Shown here: positions 38,613 through 51,507 of the stretch, in pieces
How the letters are laid out: each line of letters starts with the position of its first letter
How positions within the stretch are numbered: the first letter of the stretch is position 1
Assembly (NCBI GenBank): GCA_002633005.1
Contig: NMRA01000834.1
Span: forward strand, 8,297-69,432
DNA from: Phoronis australis
Taxonomy: Eukaryota > Animalia > Phoronida
DNA length: 61,136 nucleotides
Direction: 5' to 3'
Notes under the pieces: model-generated
The model's database searches: none
Seen by the model: the letters and a program-made list of their open reading frames with translations, nothing else
Told to the model about the DNA's origin: nothing
Program-made: the position numbers and the translations under genes

Positions 38613-39329
38613 ATGGTGTCATCGCCAGGAGACGTTGTTCTGGCCTTACTGCTCACAATTATGCTATGTTGGACTGCAGAATGTTATTCGGTCTCGAGTG
38701 TGCATGCCCCGGAATATGTCCATGGCAACTACGCGACAAACATAAAAGATCAATGTATTCGAATTTGCAGATACTACGTAAGACCATACGGCTGCATTGT
38801 CTATTGTGTTCTGGAATTCGAGTATTTCAAATACGGGTGTGTTCGGCTTGTTCCTCCGCCCCCGCAACCGTGCAATGTTTTGCTGGAAAAGTACAATAAG
38901 GAAGCGGCAGATAAATGCAAATCAAAAGAAATCATATGGGACTGCGCTGACCAGTTTACCAATAACCAGCAACGTGAGTGCACCCACGACTTTAGTACGT
39001 GTCTCTCGTCCTCCATGATGTCATCTGTCACAAAGGATCAGACCACTGGACTTTGCTCTAATCGCCTACCATCAGCGACAGTGACAGTGGTGGACAATAA
39101 CGGTAACACAGAAAACCTAGAGGACATCCCGACAGGAAATACCTTCATCTTTGGCTCTGTCCTTAACATTGAAATGATCGGCTATTCTCACTTTTCAGCG
39201 ATGTATCAGCAGGGATATCGGTCCAGCGATCCGTTCTCCAAACGACTATGCTATTGCCGAAGAATCCGTGGCGGATACATTATTAAACCATGGAGAAAAC
39301 GACTAAAAAAGGAGACCGACAATGTGTAA
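38613..39329 (+). CDS. Secreted cysteine-rich protein of unknown family (238 aa from the ATG at 38613)
   Basis: Uninterrupted ORF whose ATG sits directly after a ttttcaatttcag acceptor. It has a signal-like hydrophobic stretch (VVLALLLTIMLCWTAEC), many Cys, a basic C-terminus, and AATAAA about 190 bp after the stop. Confidence 0.7.
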   Translation: MVSSPGDVVLALLLTIMLCWTAECYSVSSVHAPEYVHGNYATNIKDQCIRICRYYVRPYGCIVYCVLEFEYFKYGCVRLVPPPPQPCNVLLEKYNKEAADKCKSKEIIWDCADQFTNNQQRECTHDFSTCLSSSMMSSVTKDQTTGLCSNRLPSATVTVVDNNGNTENLEDIPTGNTFIFGSVLNIEMIGYSHFSAMYQQGYRSSDPFSKRLCYCRRIRGGYIIKPWRKRLKKETDNV

Positions 39330-40437
39330 AATGCAAAATGTATCACACTTCTTCCATCTTCACGTCAAAACTCTTTATTGTTCTTAAAGAACATCTCTGA
39401 TTGCATGACTCTAAAGCAACGCCTTAGGTATACTCCACCTGGTATTGTTGAGCCATTGTCAGTAGTTCCTTAAATGATGCAGAGGTTATGTTTTTACAAT
39501 GATGTTAAGAAAGTCACAATAAAACACAGCTTGTAAACAAAACTATTGAAGAATGCCCTTATGCATGTCTATGTAGAATAGGTTCGAACGTATTCCATAT
39601 TTAAATTAGAAGCGTTCAGGAAGAGCTGACAGCTCGTTACTGATTAATTAATCGCCTTTAAGGTCATTAAAGTGGGGATGGTTGCTTCAAGCTCAACAGC
39701 GAGCTGCCAGTTCTTCCAATTTGGGAAAGCCACACTTGTGACTTCACAGACGATAACGACCACGATATCAATCTCGATGTCAAAGAGGCTGCTGCCAAGG
39801 ACAACGGCACCGTCTACATCAAACATGTAAATAACGATGACGCCATTGCCGACGACAACGGCAACTCTCGGACAACATCGTCGAGCTGATGACAATGCTA
39901 ATTGTGATCGCAGCTTTTAGCGTCAATGATGACGACAACGTTGCCAGCACAGCCACGCAAACGACTATAGCAACACTGGTTAGACGGGTCCAGCGCACAA
40001 ATCTGTAACACTTTCGTCACGGGCACCAAACACCGTTCTTCAATCAAATCTTCGGTGACGACGATGATGAAGTCACCGAAACCAATTCCAAAGGAGGCGC
40101 TGCTACAAAACACAATCCCCGACCTGGTCTCTACAATGTGTATGTCACGCATGGTCACATGATGGTTACATGTTTTATAAAATGAAACCGTAAAAATATG
40201 TGTGTCGGGTGTTTTTACTCTTTAGGAAGCAATACGTTTTTTTCAAGTTTCGAGGAAAAATCAAATAGTTTCATATGTGTCGTTACAAGCGTTCCCACAT
40301 GGTTACCATTTCATCCATTTTTGAAACACCCTCGAAAACACAACAGGCAAAAACAACGCTATTGGAAATCCTGGTAATAACGATGGTCATCAACACCATC
40401 ATTTGGTACAATAATCGTTATTTTCCGTACCACGTAT

Positions 40438-40509
40438 ATATAATAATAATAATAATAATGATAATAATAATAATAATAATGATAATAATAATAATAATAA
40501 TAATAATAA
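40438..40509. repeat. (TAA)n microsatellite at the edge of the HINE array
   Basis: TAA run with two TGA interruptions. A similar run lies at about 46185-46227. Confidence 0.95.
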
Positions 40510-43500
40510 CGAGAGCGCTCGGAGGAGCGACACTTGGCGGAATTAATCGAAAAGACAACGATGGGGACAATCATGACGATCAAGGCAGCAATTACGAATA
40601 ACACGATAACATTCATGCAACCAGCGAAGAAATCAAATAGAGAGCATTCAATCAACTACAATAAAGAACAATAGATGGCGCAACATGACGGACGAGCCAT
40701 GCTTTGTTCCCACATTCCAAAATAGTTGGCGCTATGTGACAGTCTGCAGAGCAAAGTTATGTTTACAATATTTGGCGTGGAATTCCAGTCTACAGCAGGA
40801 CAGTGCTGGCTGGGTCAGTCGGGGTCAACTAGGCATAAACAAAACAAAGTGAACTGAAAGCCAGCTAGCTGCGTGCTTGCATAGGTGACCGAAGGAACAA
40901 CGGTATCCGAAAATCTCGAATAACTCAAAAAGTAGACGTTGTAGCGCAAAATGGAAAATAGTTTCTGGAAGCCCGTTTAAAACTCTGTCTGAAGTGATAG
41001 TTTGGCAAAAATTGAAAAAAATTTCTAAAAAATTGAAAATTTGCCAATTTTTTTTGAAATTCAAAGTCAAATAACTCGAAAACGGTAAGTCTGAGAAATA
41101 CGCTCTCACAGTCTTTTGTAAGGCCATACGTAAAAGAATCCACATGCAAAAATTCACGTCACTTGTTCTTCCCGTTAAAAACGCGACAGCAGAACGATTG
41201 AAATCGTGTGAACATGCGCCACAGCCTCCATCTTGAAAGTGACTTCCGATTCAATAAACTTTTATAAAAGCTTATTAAACTCAACAAACACGTGACCAGT
41301 TTGAAAGTGATTGGTTCGCATCTACAGGAGAAAACGATTTTGGCCATATTTCGGGGTGCGCATGCACCACTTCTAATATTTCCGCATTCTTTGATTGGAA
41401 GTCAACGATTTTCTGCACACTTATAGCACATACGTATTAGTATAATCGTGATGATTTTCAGCTATGTACGTCGAAAAATGCGGCCTCTACAAGCATTTGA
41501 CTGTGAAATCGGATACAAAATGGCCGCCACGTCCGCCATTTTGTATCCGATCATGACCAAAAACAATAGGCTTACAGGACTTTCCCATCTACACGTCGTG
41601 CGCAAATTTCGTGAAAATAGGACGAAAATTGCGACCTGTAGAATGCGAAAAAACAAAACAAGTAACGAGAGCGCTCGGAGGAGCGACACTTGGCGGAATT
41701 AATCGAAAAGACATCGATGAGGGGGACGACGACAATCATGACGATCAAGGCAGCAATTATGAATAACACGATAACATTGATGTGACTAGCGAAGAAATCA
41801 AATAGAGAGCATATAATCAACTACAATAAAGAACAATAGATGGCGCAACATGACGGTCCAGTCTACGGTAGGACAGTGCTGACTGGGTCAGTCTGGGTCA
41901 ACTAGGCATAACCAAAACAAAGCGAACTGAAAGCCAGCAAGCTGGGTCCTTGCATAGGTGACCGAATGGGAACAACGGTATCCGAAAATCTCTAATAATT
42001 CAAAAAGTAGACATCGTAGCGCAAAATGGAAAATATCGTCTGAAAGCCCGTTCAAAACTCTATCTATAGTGATAGTGTGGCAAAAATCAAAAAAATTTTC
42101 ACAAAAATTGAAAATTTGCGGGTTTTTTTGAAATTCAAAGTCAAATAACTCGAAAACTTTAAGTCTGAGAAACACGCTCTCGCAGACTTTTTGAAAGAGC
42201 ATACTTCAAGGAATACACATGCAAAAATTCACGTCATTTGCTTTTTCTGTTAAAAACGCGACCCCAGAACGATTGAAAACGGGTGAGCATGCGCCACAGC
42301 CGCCATCTTGAAAGTGACTTCCGGTTAAACAAAATTTTATAAAAGCTTATTAAACTCAACAAACACGTGACCAGTTTCAAAGTGATTGGTTTGCAAATGC
42401 GCCCTCTACAGGAGAAAACGTTTTTGGCCATAGATCGGGGTGCTCATGCGCCAATTCCAATATTTCCGCCATCTTTGTCTGGAAGTCAACGACTTTCAGC
42501 ACACGTGTAGAACATGCCTTTTAGTAAAATCATACCGATTTTCAACTATGTACGTTGAAAAATGCGGCCTCTACCAGCATTTGACTGTGAAATCGGATAC
42601 AACATGGCCGCCACGTCCGCCATGTTGTATCCGATCATGACCAAAAACAATAGGCTTCTAGGAATTTTTGATCTACACGTCGTGTGCAAATTTCGTAAAA
42701 ATCGGACGAAAATTGCGACCTGTAGAGTGCGCACAAACAAAAATATGAAAGCGCTCCGAAGAGCGAAACTTGGCCAAATTAACCAAAAAGATGACGATAA
42801 AGATGGTGACGAAGATGACAAATATGATGACAATGGTGGCGAGGATGAACAAAAGAAGTTATAATAACACACACATGACGAACGTAGAAGTCCCAAATCA
42901 GTAAGAAAAAGGCTACAGTCTTGAGCGACACTTCGCGAAAATAACGGAAAAGACAACGACGGAGATGATGACGAAGATGATAACGATGATGACGAATATG
43001 ATGGTGGTGGTGGTGGCGATGATGGAAAACATCTTTTGAAAGCCCGTTCAAAATTCTATCTAAACTGATGGTATCGCCTAATTCCGTAAATTTTTCGAAA
43101 AAAATGAAATTTTGCGTTTTTTTAAGAAGTTCAAAGTCAAATAACTTGAAAACGGTAAGTCTGAGAAAAAAATTGTTATAGGCCATTTGAAAGAGTATAC
43201 ATCAAAGAATCTACATGCAAAAAATCACGTCTTCTTCTCTTCCCGTTTAAAATCGCACTCCAGCACGACTGAAAATGGGTCAACATGCGCCAGATCCGCC
43301 ATCTTGAGAGCAACTTCCGGTTTTTTGGCTTTGTATAATAGCATGTCATACGAAACTAATACCTGTAAAAATTCGAAGGAATTGGTCTGATAATACGCCC
43401 TCTACAGTAGAAAACGTTTTTAGGCCAAAATCGAGGTGCGCCTGCGCGATCGCCGATACTTCCGCCATCTTTAACGGGGAGTAATCAGTTTCCGGTATAC

Positions 43501-46500
43501 TTGTAGCAAACTTCAGGTCCAATTAATGTGCCGGTTCTTAGCTTTTTATGTAAAAAATTGAATCCTCCAGAAGCATTTGAACCTTTAAATGAAAACAAAA
43601 TGGTCGCCACAGCCGCCATCTTGAATCCGATTTTGACGAAAAACAATAGGCTTCCAGTACTTCCGGAAGTACGTGTTATGTGTAAATGTCATGACGATCG
43701 GACGAAAATTGCGACCTGTATCGTGCAAACAACCAAAAAAATGAAAGCGCTCCAAGGAGCGAAACTTGGCGAAATTAACCAAAAAGATGACGATATAGAT
43801 GATGACGAAGATGACAAATATGACGGCGATGGTGGCGAGGATGAACAAAAGAAGTAATAATAACATACACATGACGAACGTAGAAGTCCGAAATCAGTAA
43901 GAAAAAGGATACAGTCTTGTGCGACACTTGGCGAAATTAACGGAAAAGATAACGACGGAGATGATGACGAAGGCGCTGACGATGATGACGAATATGATGA
44001 TGGTGGTGGCGATGATGAACAACATCACAACATTCATATGATGAATTTAGATGTCATAAATCAATAAGAAACAGGCTACAGTGTAGTTCAATAGAAGATA
44101 AACCAACATCAATGCAGCAAGAGCGCTCAACAAAGGAACAGCGTTATCAGAAAATCTCGAATAACTCGAAAAGTTGACGCTCTAGCGAAAAATGAAAAAC
44201 ATTTTATGAAAGCCCGTTCAAAATTCTATCTAAACTGATGGTATCGCCTAATTCCGTAGATTTTTCGAAAAAAATGAAATTATGTGTTTTTGTAAGAAAT
44301 TCAAAGTCAAATAACTCGAAAACGGTAAGTCTGAGGAAAAAATTGTTACAGGCCATTTGAAAGATTATACTTCAAAAAATCTACATGCAAAAAATCACGT
44401 CTTTTTGTCTTCCCGTTTAAAATCGTACTCCAGACGACTGAAAATAAAGCAACATGCGCCAGATCCGCCATCTTGAAAGGAACTTCCGGTTTTTCGACTT
44501 TGTATAATAGCATGTTATAAGAAACTATCACTTGTAAAAATTCGAAAGAATTGGTCTTACAATACGCCCTCGAGAGGAGAAAACGTTTTTAGGCCAAAAT
44601 CGAGGTGCGCATGCGCGATCGCCGATATTTCCGCCATCTTTAACCGGAAGTAAACAATTTCCGGTATACTTTTAGCAATGTTCCGATCCATTTACTGTGC
44701 CGATTCTTAGTCTTTTACGTAAAAAATTGTAGCCTCCAGAAGCATTTGAACCTTTAAATGGAAACAAAATGGCCGCCACAGCCGCCAGCTTGGTTCCGAT
44801 TTTGACGAAAAACAATAGGCTTCCAGTACTTCGGGAAGTATGTCTTATGTATAAATTTCGTGAATGATCGGGTAAAAATTGCGACCTGTATCGTGCGAAC
44901 AAACAAAAAAAACAAAAAATGAAAGCGCTCTGAGGAGCGAAACTTGGCGAAATTAACCAAAAAGATGACGATAAAGATGATTGCGAAGATGACGAATATG
45001 ACGACAATGGTGGCGAAGATGAACTAGAGAAGTAATAATAACATACACATGACGAACGTAGAAGTCCGAAATCAGTAAGAAAAAGGCTACAGTCTTGAGC
45101 GACACTTGGCGAAATTAACGGAAAAGACAACTACAGAGATGATGACGAAGATGATGACGATGATGACGAATATGACGATGGTGGTGGCGATGATGAACAA
45201 CATCACAACATTCATATGATGAACTTAGATATCAATAAGAAATAGGCTACAGTCTAGTTCATTAGAAGATAAACCAATATCAATGCAGCAATAATAGAAG
45301 ATAAACCAATATCAATGCAGCAAGAGCGCTCAACAAAGCAACAGCGTTATCAGAAAATCTCAAATAACTCGAAAAGTAGACGTCCTAACGAAAAATGGAA
45401 AACATCTTCTGAAAGCCCGTTCAAAATTCTATCTAAACTGATGGTATCGCCTAATTCCATAAAGTTTTTTGAAAAAAATGAAATTTTGCGTTTTTTTAAG
45501 AAATTCAAAGTAAAATAACTCGAAAACGGTGAGTTTGAGAAAAAAATTGTTACGGGCCATTTGAAAGAATATACTTCAAAGAATCCACATGCAAAAAATC
45601 ACGTCTTTTTCTCTTCCCGTTTAAAATCCCACTCAGGAACGACTGAAAATGGGTCAACATGCGCCAGATCCGCCATCTTGAAAGGAACTTCCGGTTTTTT
45701 GGCTTTGTATAATAGCATGTCATAAGAAATTAATACTTGTAAAAATTCGAAGGAATTGGTCTGATCATGCTCCCTCTACAGGAGAAAACGTTTTTAGGCC
45801 AAAATCGAGGTGCGCATGCGCGATCGCCGATATTTCCGCCATCTTTAACCGGAAGAAAACAATTTTCAGTACATTCATAGCAAACTTCCGTTCTCTTTTA
45901 TGTGCCGATTCTTAGTCTTTTACGTAAAAAATTGTAGCCTCCAGAAGCATTTGAACCTTCAAATGAAAACAAAATGACCGCCACAGCCGCCATCTTGGAT
46001 CCGACTTTGACGAAAAACTATAGGCTTCCAGTACTTCCGAAACTACGTGGTATGTGTAAATTTCGGGATGATGGGACGAAAATTGCGACCAATATCGTGC
46101 GAACAAACAAAAAAAACTTAGTGACAGAGCAACATACTTGGCGAAGTTTATTTCGCCAAGTAAAAAACTTGCTGTAAGACCAACATAATAATAATAATAA
46201 TAATAATAAAAATAATAATAATAATAACGAGAGCGCTCGGAGGAGCGACATTTGGCGGAATTAATCGAAAAGACGACGGTGAGGGAGAGGACGATAATCA
46301 TGACGATCAAGACGGCAATTATGAATAACACGATAATATTCATGTGACTAGCGAAGAAATCAAATAGAGAGCATACAATCAACTACAATAAAGAACAATA
46401 GATGGCGCAACATGGCGGACGAGCAATGGCTTTTCCCACATTCTAAAATGGGTGGCGCTATGTGACAGTCTGCAAAGCAAAGTTATGTTTACAATAAGTA

Positions 46501-49500
46501 TTTGGCCTGAAATTGTACAGTCTACAGAGCGCTATTCCGCCACAGTAGGACAGTACTGGCTGGGTCAGTCTGGGTCAACTGGGCATAACCAAAACAAAGT
46601 GAACTGAAAGCCAGCCAGCTGCGTGCACACGTGACCGAAGGAACAACGGTATCCGAAAATCTCGAATAATTCAAAAAGTAGACGTCGTAGCGCAAAATGG
46701 AAAATATCTTCTGAAAGCCCGTTCAAAACTCTATCTAAAATGGTAGTTTGGCAAACACGATAACATTCATGTGACTAGCGACGAAATCAAATAGAGAGCA
46801 CAAAATCAACTACAATAAAGAACAATAGATGGCGCAACATGACGGACGAGCCATGCTTTAAAGTAGGACAGTGCTGGCTGGGTCAGTCTGGGTCAACTAG
46901 GCATATCCAAAACAAAGTGAACTGAAAGCCAGCCACCGGCGCGCTTGCATAGGAACAACGGTATCCGAAAATCTCGAATAATTCCAAAAGTAGACGTCGT
47001 AGCGCAAAATGGAAACTATCTTCTGAAAGCCCATTTAAATCTCTATCTAAAGTGGTAGTTTGGCAAAAATCCAAAAATTTTTCGAGAAAATTGAAAATTT
47101 GCCGTTTTTTTTGAAATTCAAAGTCAAATATCTCGAAAACGGTAAGTCTGAGAAATACGCTCTCGCAGGCTTTTTGAAAGGCCATACTTCAAGGAATCCA
47201 CATGCAAAAATTCACGTCATTTGCTCTTCCCATAAAAAATGCGACACCAGAGCGATTGAAACCGTGTGAACATGCCCCACAGCCGCCATCTTGAAGGTGA
47301 CTTCCGGTTCAATAATTTTTTATAAAATCTTATTAAACTCAACAAACACGTGACCAGATTGAAAGTGATTGGTTTGCAATTGCGCCCTCTACAGGAGAAA
47401 ACGTTTTCAGCCATATTTCGGGGTGCGCATGCGCCACGTCCAATATTTCCGCCATCTTTAACCGGAAGTCAACGATTTTCTGCACAATTGTAGCACATGC
47501 GTTTTAGTATATTCGTACGGAAGAATTCCGCCAAGTAAAAATTTGCTGTCAGAGCAACATACTTGGCGGAAGAATTCCGCCAAGTAAAAAAAACTTGCTG
47601 TCAGAGCAACATACTTGGCGGAAGAATTCCGCCAAGTAAAAAACGAGAGCGCTCGGAGGAGCGACACTTGGCGGAACTAATCGAAAAGACGACGATGAAG
47701 GAGACGACGACAATCAAGACGATCACGGCGGCAATTATGAATAAGACGATAACACGATAACATTCATGTGACTAGCGAAGAAATCAAATAGAGAGCAGAC
47801 AATCAATTACAATAAGGAACACTAGATGGCCCAGCATGACGGACGAGTCATGTCTGTTCCCACATTCTAAAATAGGTGGCGCTATGTGACAGTCTGCAAA
47901 GCAAAGTTATGTTTACAATAAGTATTTGCCCTGGAATTGTACAGTCTACAGAGAGCTATGCCACAGTAGGACACTGCTGGCTGGGTCAGTCTGGGTCAAC
48001 TAGGCATAACCAAAACAAAGCCAGCCAGCTGCGTGACCGAATTAGAAAAACGGTATCCGTAAATCTCGAATAAATCAAAAAGTAGACGTCGTAGCGCAAA
48101 ATGGAAAATATCGTCTGAAAGCCCGTTCAAAACTCTATATGAAATAGTAGTTTGGCAAACACGATAATATTCATGTGACTAGCGACGAAATCTAATAGAG
48201 AGCATACAATCAACTACAATAAAGAACAATAGATGGCGCAACATGACGGTCCAGTCTACAGTAGAACAGTGCTGGCTGGGTCAGTCTGGGTCAACTAGGC
48301 ACAATCAAAACAAAGTGAACTGAAAGCCAGCCAGCTGCGTGTGACCGAAGGAACAACGGTATTCGTAAATCTCGAATAAATCAAAAAGTAGACGTCGTAG
48401 CGCAAAATGGAAATTACCATCTGAAAGCCCGTTCAAAACTCTATCTAAAGTGGTAGTTTGTCAAACACGATAACATTCATGTGACTAGCTAAAAAATCAA
48501 ATAGAGAGCACAAAATCAACTACAATAAAGAACAATAGATGGCGCAACATGACGGACGAGCCATGCTTTAAAGTAGGACAGTGCTGGCTGGGTCAGTCCG
48601 GGTCAACTAGGCATAACCAAAATAAAGTGAACTGAAAGCCAGCCACCTGCGCGCTTGCATAGGAACAACGGTATCCGAAAATCTCGAATAATTCAAAAAG
48701 TAGACGTCGTAGCGCAAAATGGAAAGTATCTTCTGAAAGCCCGTTCAAATTTCTATCTAAATTGTTAGTTTAAAAAAAATCCAAAAATTTTTCGAGAAAA
48801 TTGAAAATTTGCCGTTTTTTTGAAATTCAAAGTCAAATAACTCGAAAACGGTAAGTCTGAGAAATACGCTCTTGCAGTCTTTTTGAAAGGCCATACCTCA
48901 AGGAATCCACATGCAAAAATTCACGTCATTTGCTCTTCCCATAAAAAATGCGACACCAGAGCGATTGAAACCGTGTGAACATGCCCCACAGCCGATATCT
49001 TGAAAGTGACTTCCATTTCAATAATTTTTTGTAAAAGTTTATTTAACTCAACAAACACGTGACCAGTTTGAAAGTGATTGGTTTGCAATTGCGCCCTCTA
49101 CAGGAAAAAACGTTTTTAGCCATATTTCGGGGTGCGCATGCGCCACGTCCAATATTTCCGCCATCTTTAACCGGAAGTCAACGATTTTCTGCACAATTGT
49201 AGCACATGCGTTTTACTATATTCGTACCGATTTTCAGCCATGTAGGTTGAAAAATGCGGCCTCTACGAGTATTTGACTGTGAAATCGGATACAAAATGGC
49301 CGCCACGTCCGACATTTTGTATCCGATCATAACAAAAAACAACAGCTTCCGAGTGATTCCCGATCTACATGTTGTGTGCAAATTTTGTGAAAATCGGACC
49401 AGAATTGCGACCTGTAGAGAGCGAACAACCAAAAAAAAAACGAGAGCGCTCGGAGGAGCGACACTTGGCGGAACTAACCGAAAAGACGACGATGAGGGAG

Positions 49501-50345
49501 ACGACGACAATCAAGACGATCACGGCGGCAATTATAAGACGATAACANAAAAAATCAAATAGAGAGCATACAATCAACTACAATAAAGAACAATAGATGG
49601 CGCAACATGACGGACGAGCCATGCTTTAAAGTAGGACAGTGCTGGCTGGGTCAGTCTGGGTCAACTAGGCATAACCAAAACAAAGTGAACTGAAAGCCAG
49701 CCACCTGCGCGCTTGCATAGGGACAACGGTATTCGAAAATCTCGAATAATTAAAAAAGTGGACGTCGTAGCGCAAAATGGAAAGTATCTTCTGAAAGCCC
49801 GTTCAAATCTCTATCTTATGTGGTAGTTTGGCAAAAATCCAAAAAATTTTCGAGAAAATTGAAAATTTGCCGTTTTTTTTGAAATTCAAAGTCAAATAAC
49901 TCGAAAACGGTAAATCTGAGAAATACGCTTTCGCAGACTTTTTGAAAGGCCATACTTCAAGGAATCCACATGCAAAAATTCACGTCATTTGCTCTTCCCA
50001 TAAAAAATGCGACAGCAGAGCGATTGAAACCGTGTGAACATGCCCCACAGCCGCCAACTTGAAGGTGACTTCCGGTTCAATAATTTTTATAAAAGCCTAT
50101 TTAACTCAACAAACACGTGACCAGTTTGAAAGTGATTGGTTTGCAATTGCGCCCTCCACAGGAGAAAACGTTTCTAGCCATATTTCGGGGTGCGCATGCG
50201 CCACGTCCAATATTTCCGCCATCTTTGATTGGAAGTCAACGATTTTCTGCACAATTGTAGCACATGCGTTTTAGTATATTCGTATCGATTTTCAGCCATT
50301 TAGGTTGAAAAATGCGGCCTCTACGAGTATTTGACTGTGAAATCG
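40508..50345 (-). mobile_element. Head-to-tail array of about 8 HINE (Helentron-like) units of two subfamilies
   Basis: Unit boundaries at about 40508(A), 41664(A), 42745(B), 43740(B), 44919(B), 46226(A), 47642(A) and 49439(A). Terminal hairpins tacttggcggaagaattccgccaagta at about 46136 and 47520-47640. Same family as 1-3248. Confidence 0.75.
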
Positions 50346-50670
50346 CGATCCATGCACTCAAATTCACGGGACACGGACTCATATTCCCGAGGAAACACCG
50401 TTAACGGACCGCCAAACACGGTTTGCGGACAAAATGGCGATGTCAGCTGACCCAGGAAGCCGATGAGTCCGTGACCCGTGTTTAGCGGTCCGTTAACCGT
50501 GTTTCCTCTTGAATATGAGTCCGTGTCCCGTGTATTTGGGTGCGTGGATCGTGTTTTGTGAGTCTGTTCCCGTGTTTGTGAGTCAGTGGACGGTGTTTGC
50601 AGGTCCGTGAGTCGTGTTCATGCGTCTGTGCCTGTGTTTATGAGTCCGTTGACCGTGTAGTTTTGGTACC
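50345..50670. repeat. Palindromic foldback element, left arm truncated at the HINE junction
   Basis: cacgggacacggactcatattc..gttaacggaccg is mirrored by cggtccgttaac..gaatatgagtccgtgtcccgtg around a centre near 50445. gagtccgtg repeats continue on the right only. Confidence 0.75.
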
Positions 50671-51507
50671 TTGGAATTGGTCAGTGGAAATGCACTTTGA
50701 GAGTGGCGTTCATGTGTGCGTGTCCGCGTTACATGTAAACAGCAATTGCGGTCACAGTTGTCAAATTCAACACATTCAAAAGACGTTTAACTTGACTAAA
50801 ATTATCTCCCGTCATCTGCCATTATCTATTAAGCATTTCGTAAATGCCAAGTACCTCTATACCAAAGTTCATAATGATCTAACAAGTGGTTCTTGAGATA
50901 ATTGGTGGACAAGAAAAGATGATTACAAATGACTCATCTCAAAGTTTTTGTGGATGCAGAAAAATTTATTGTGAGATCACTTCTCATATCAGATACTAGA
51001 AACCCTCTTTTCAAAGACAACTATGAGCAATACTTTTGGCAGAAACAAAGTCAATCTATTTCTACAATTGTATTAAAATAAATTTTAAAAATAATCTGTA
51101 TTATTGTATTGAGAATATTTCACCTGGTTTGAGTCACGTTTTGTAATTCAGAAACGTTTTGACTGGTTATGTTGAATACATTTCACCAATCAGCTTCGTA
51201 CTTAGTTTGAACCCTGGAAAAGTCAATATGGTTCTTAAACATGCTCACCCTGATCACTCTAGTTTTCGAAGGGCCACAGGCCAGTCCCCTTGTTCCCCCC
51301 CCTCCCAAATCCACCTACGTTATATTGTGGTTTGAGGTGAAATTTCCTCCTAGCTCAGATGTATTTATTTCTAAGCTGATGTGCTGTCATTGCTCTTTTC
51401 CTTTTAACAATGTAATGATCCGATGTTGTAAGCCTATTTTATTTTTATGTTTCACCGTTCATACTTTAAAAACTAGACATAAGTAAACCGTTGTAAGGAT
51501 ATAATAA

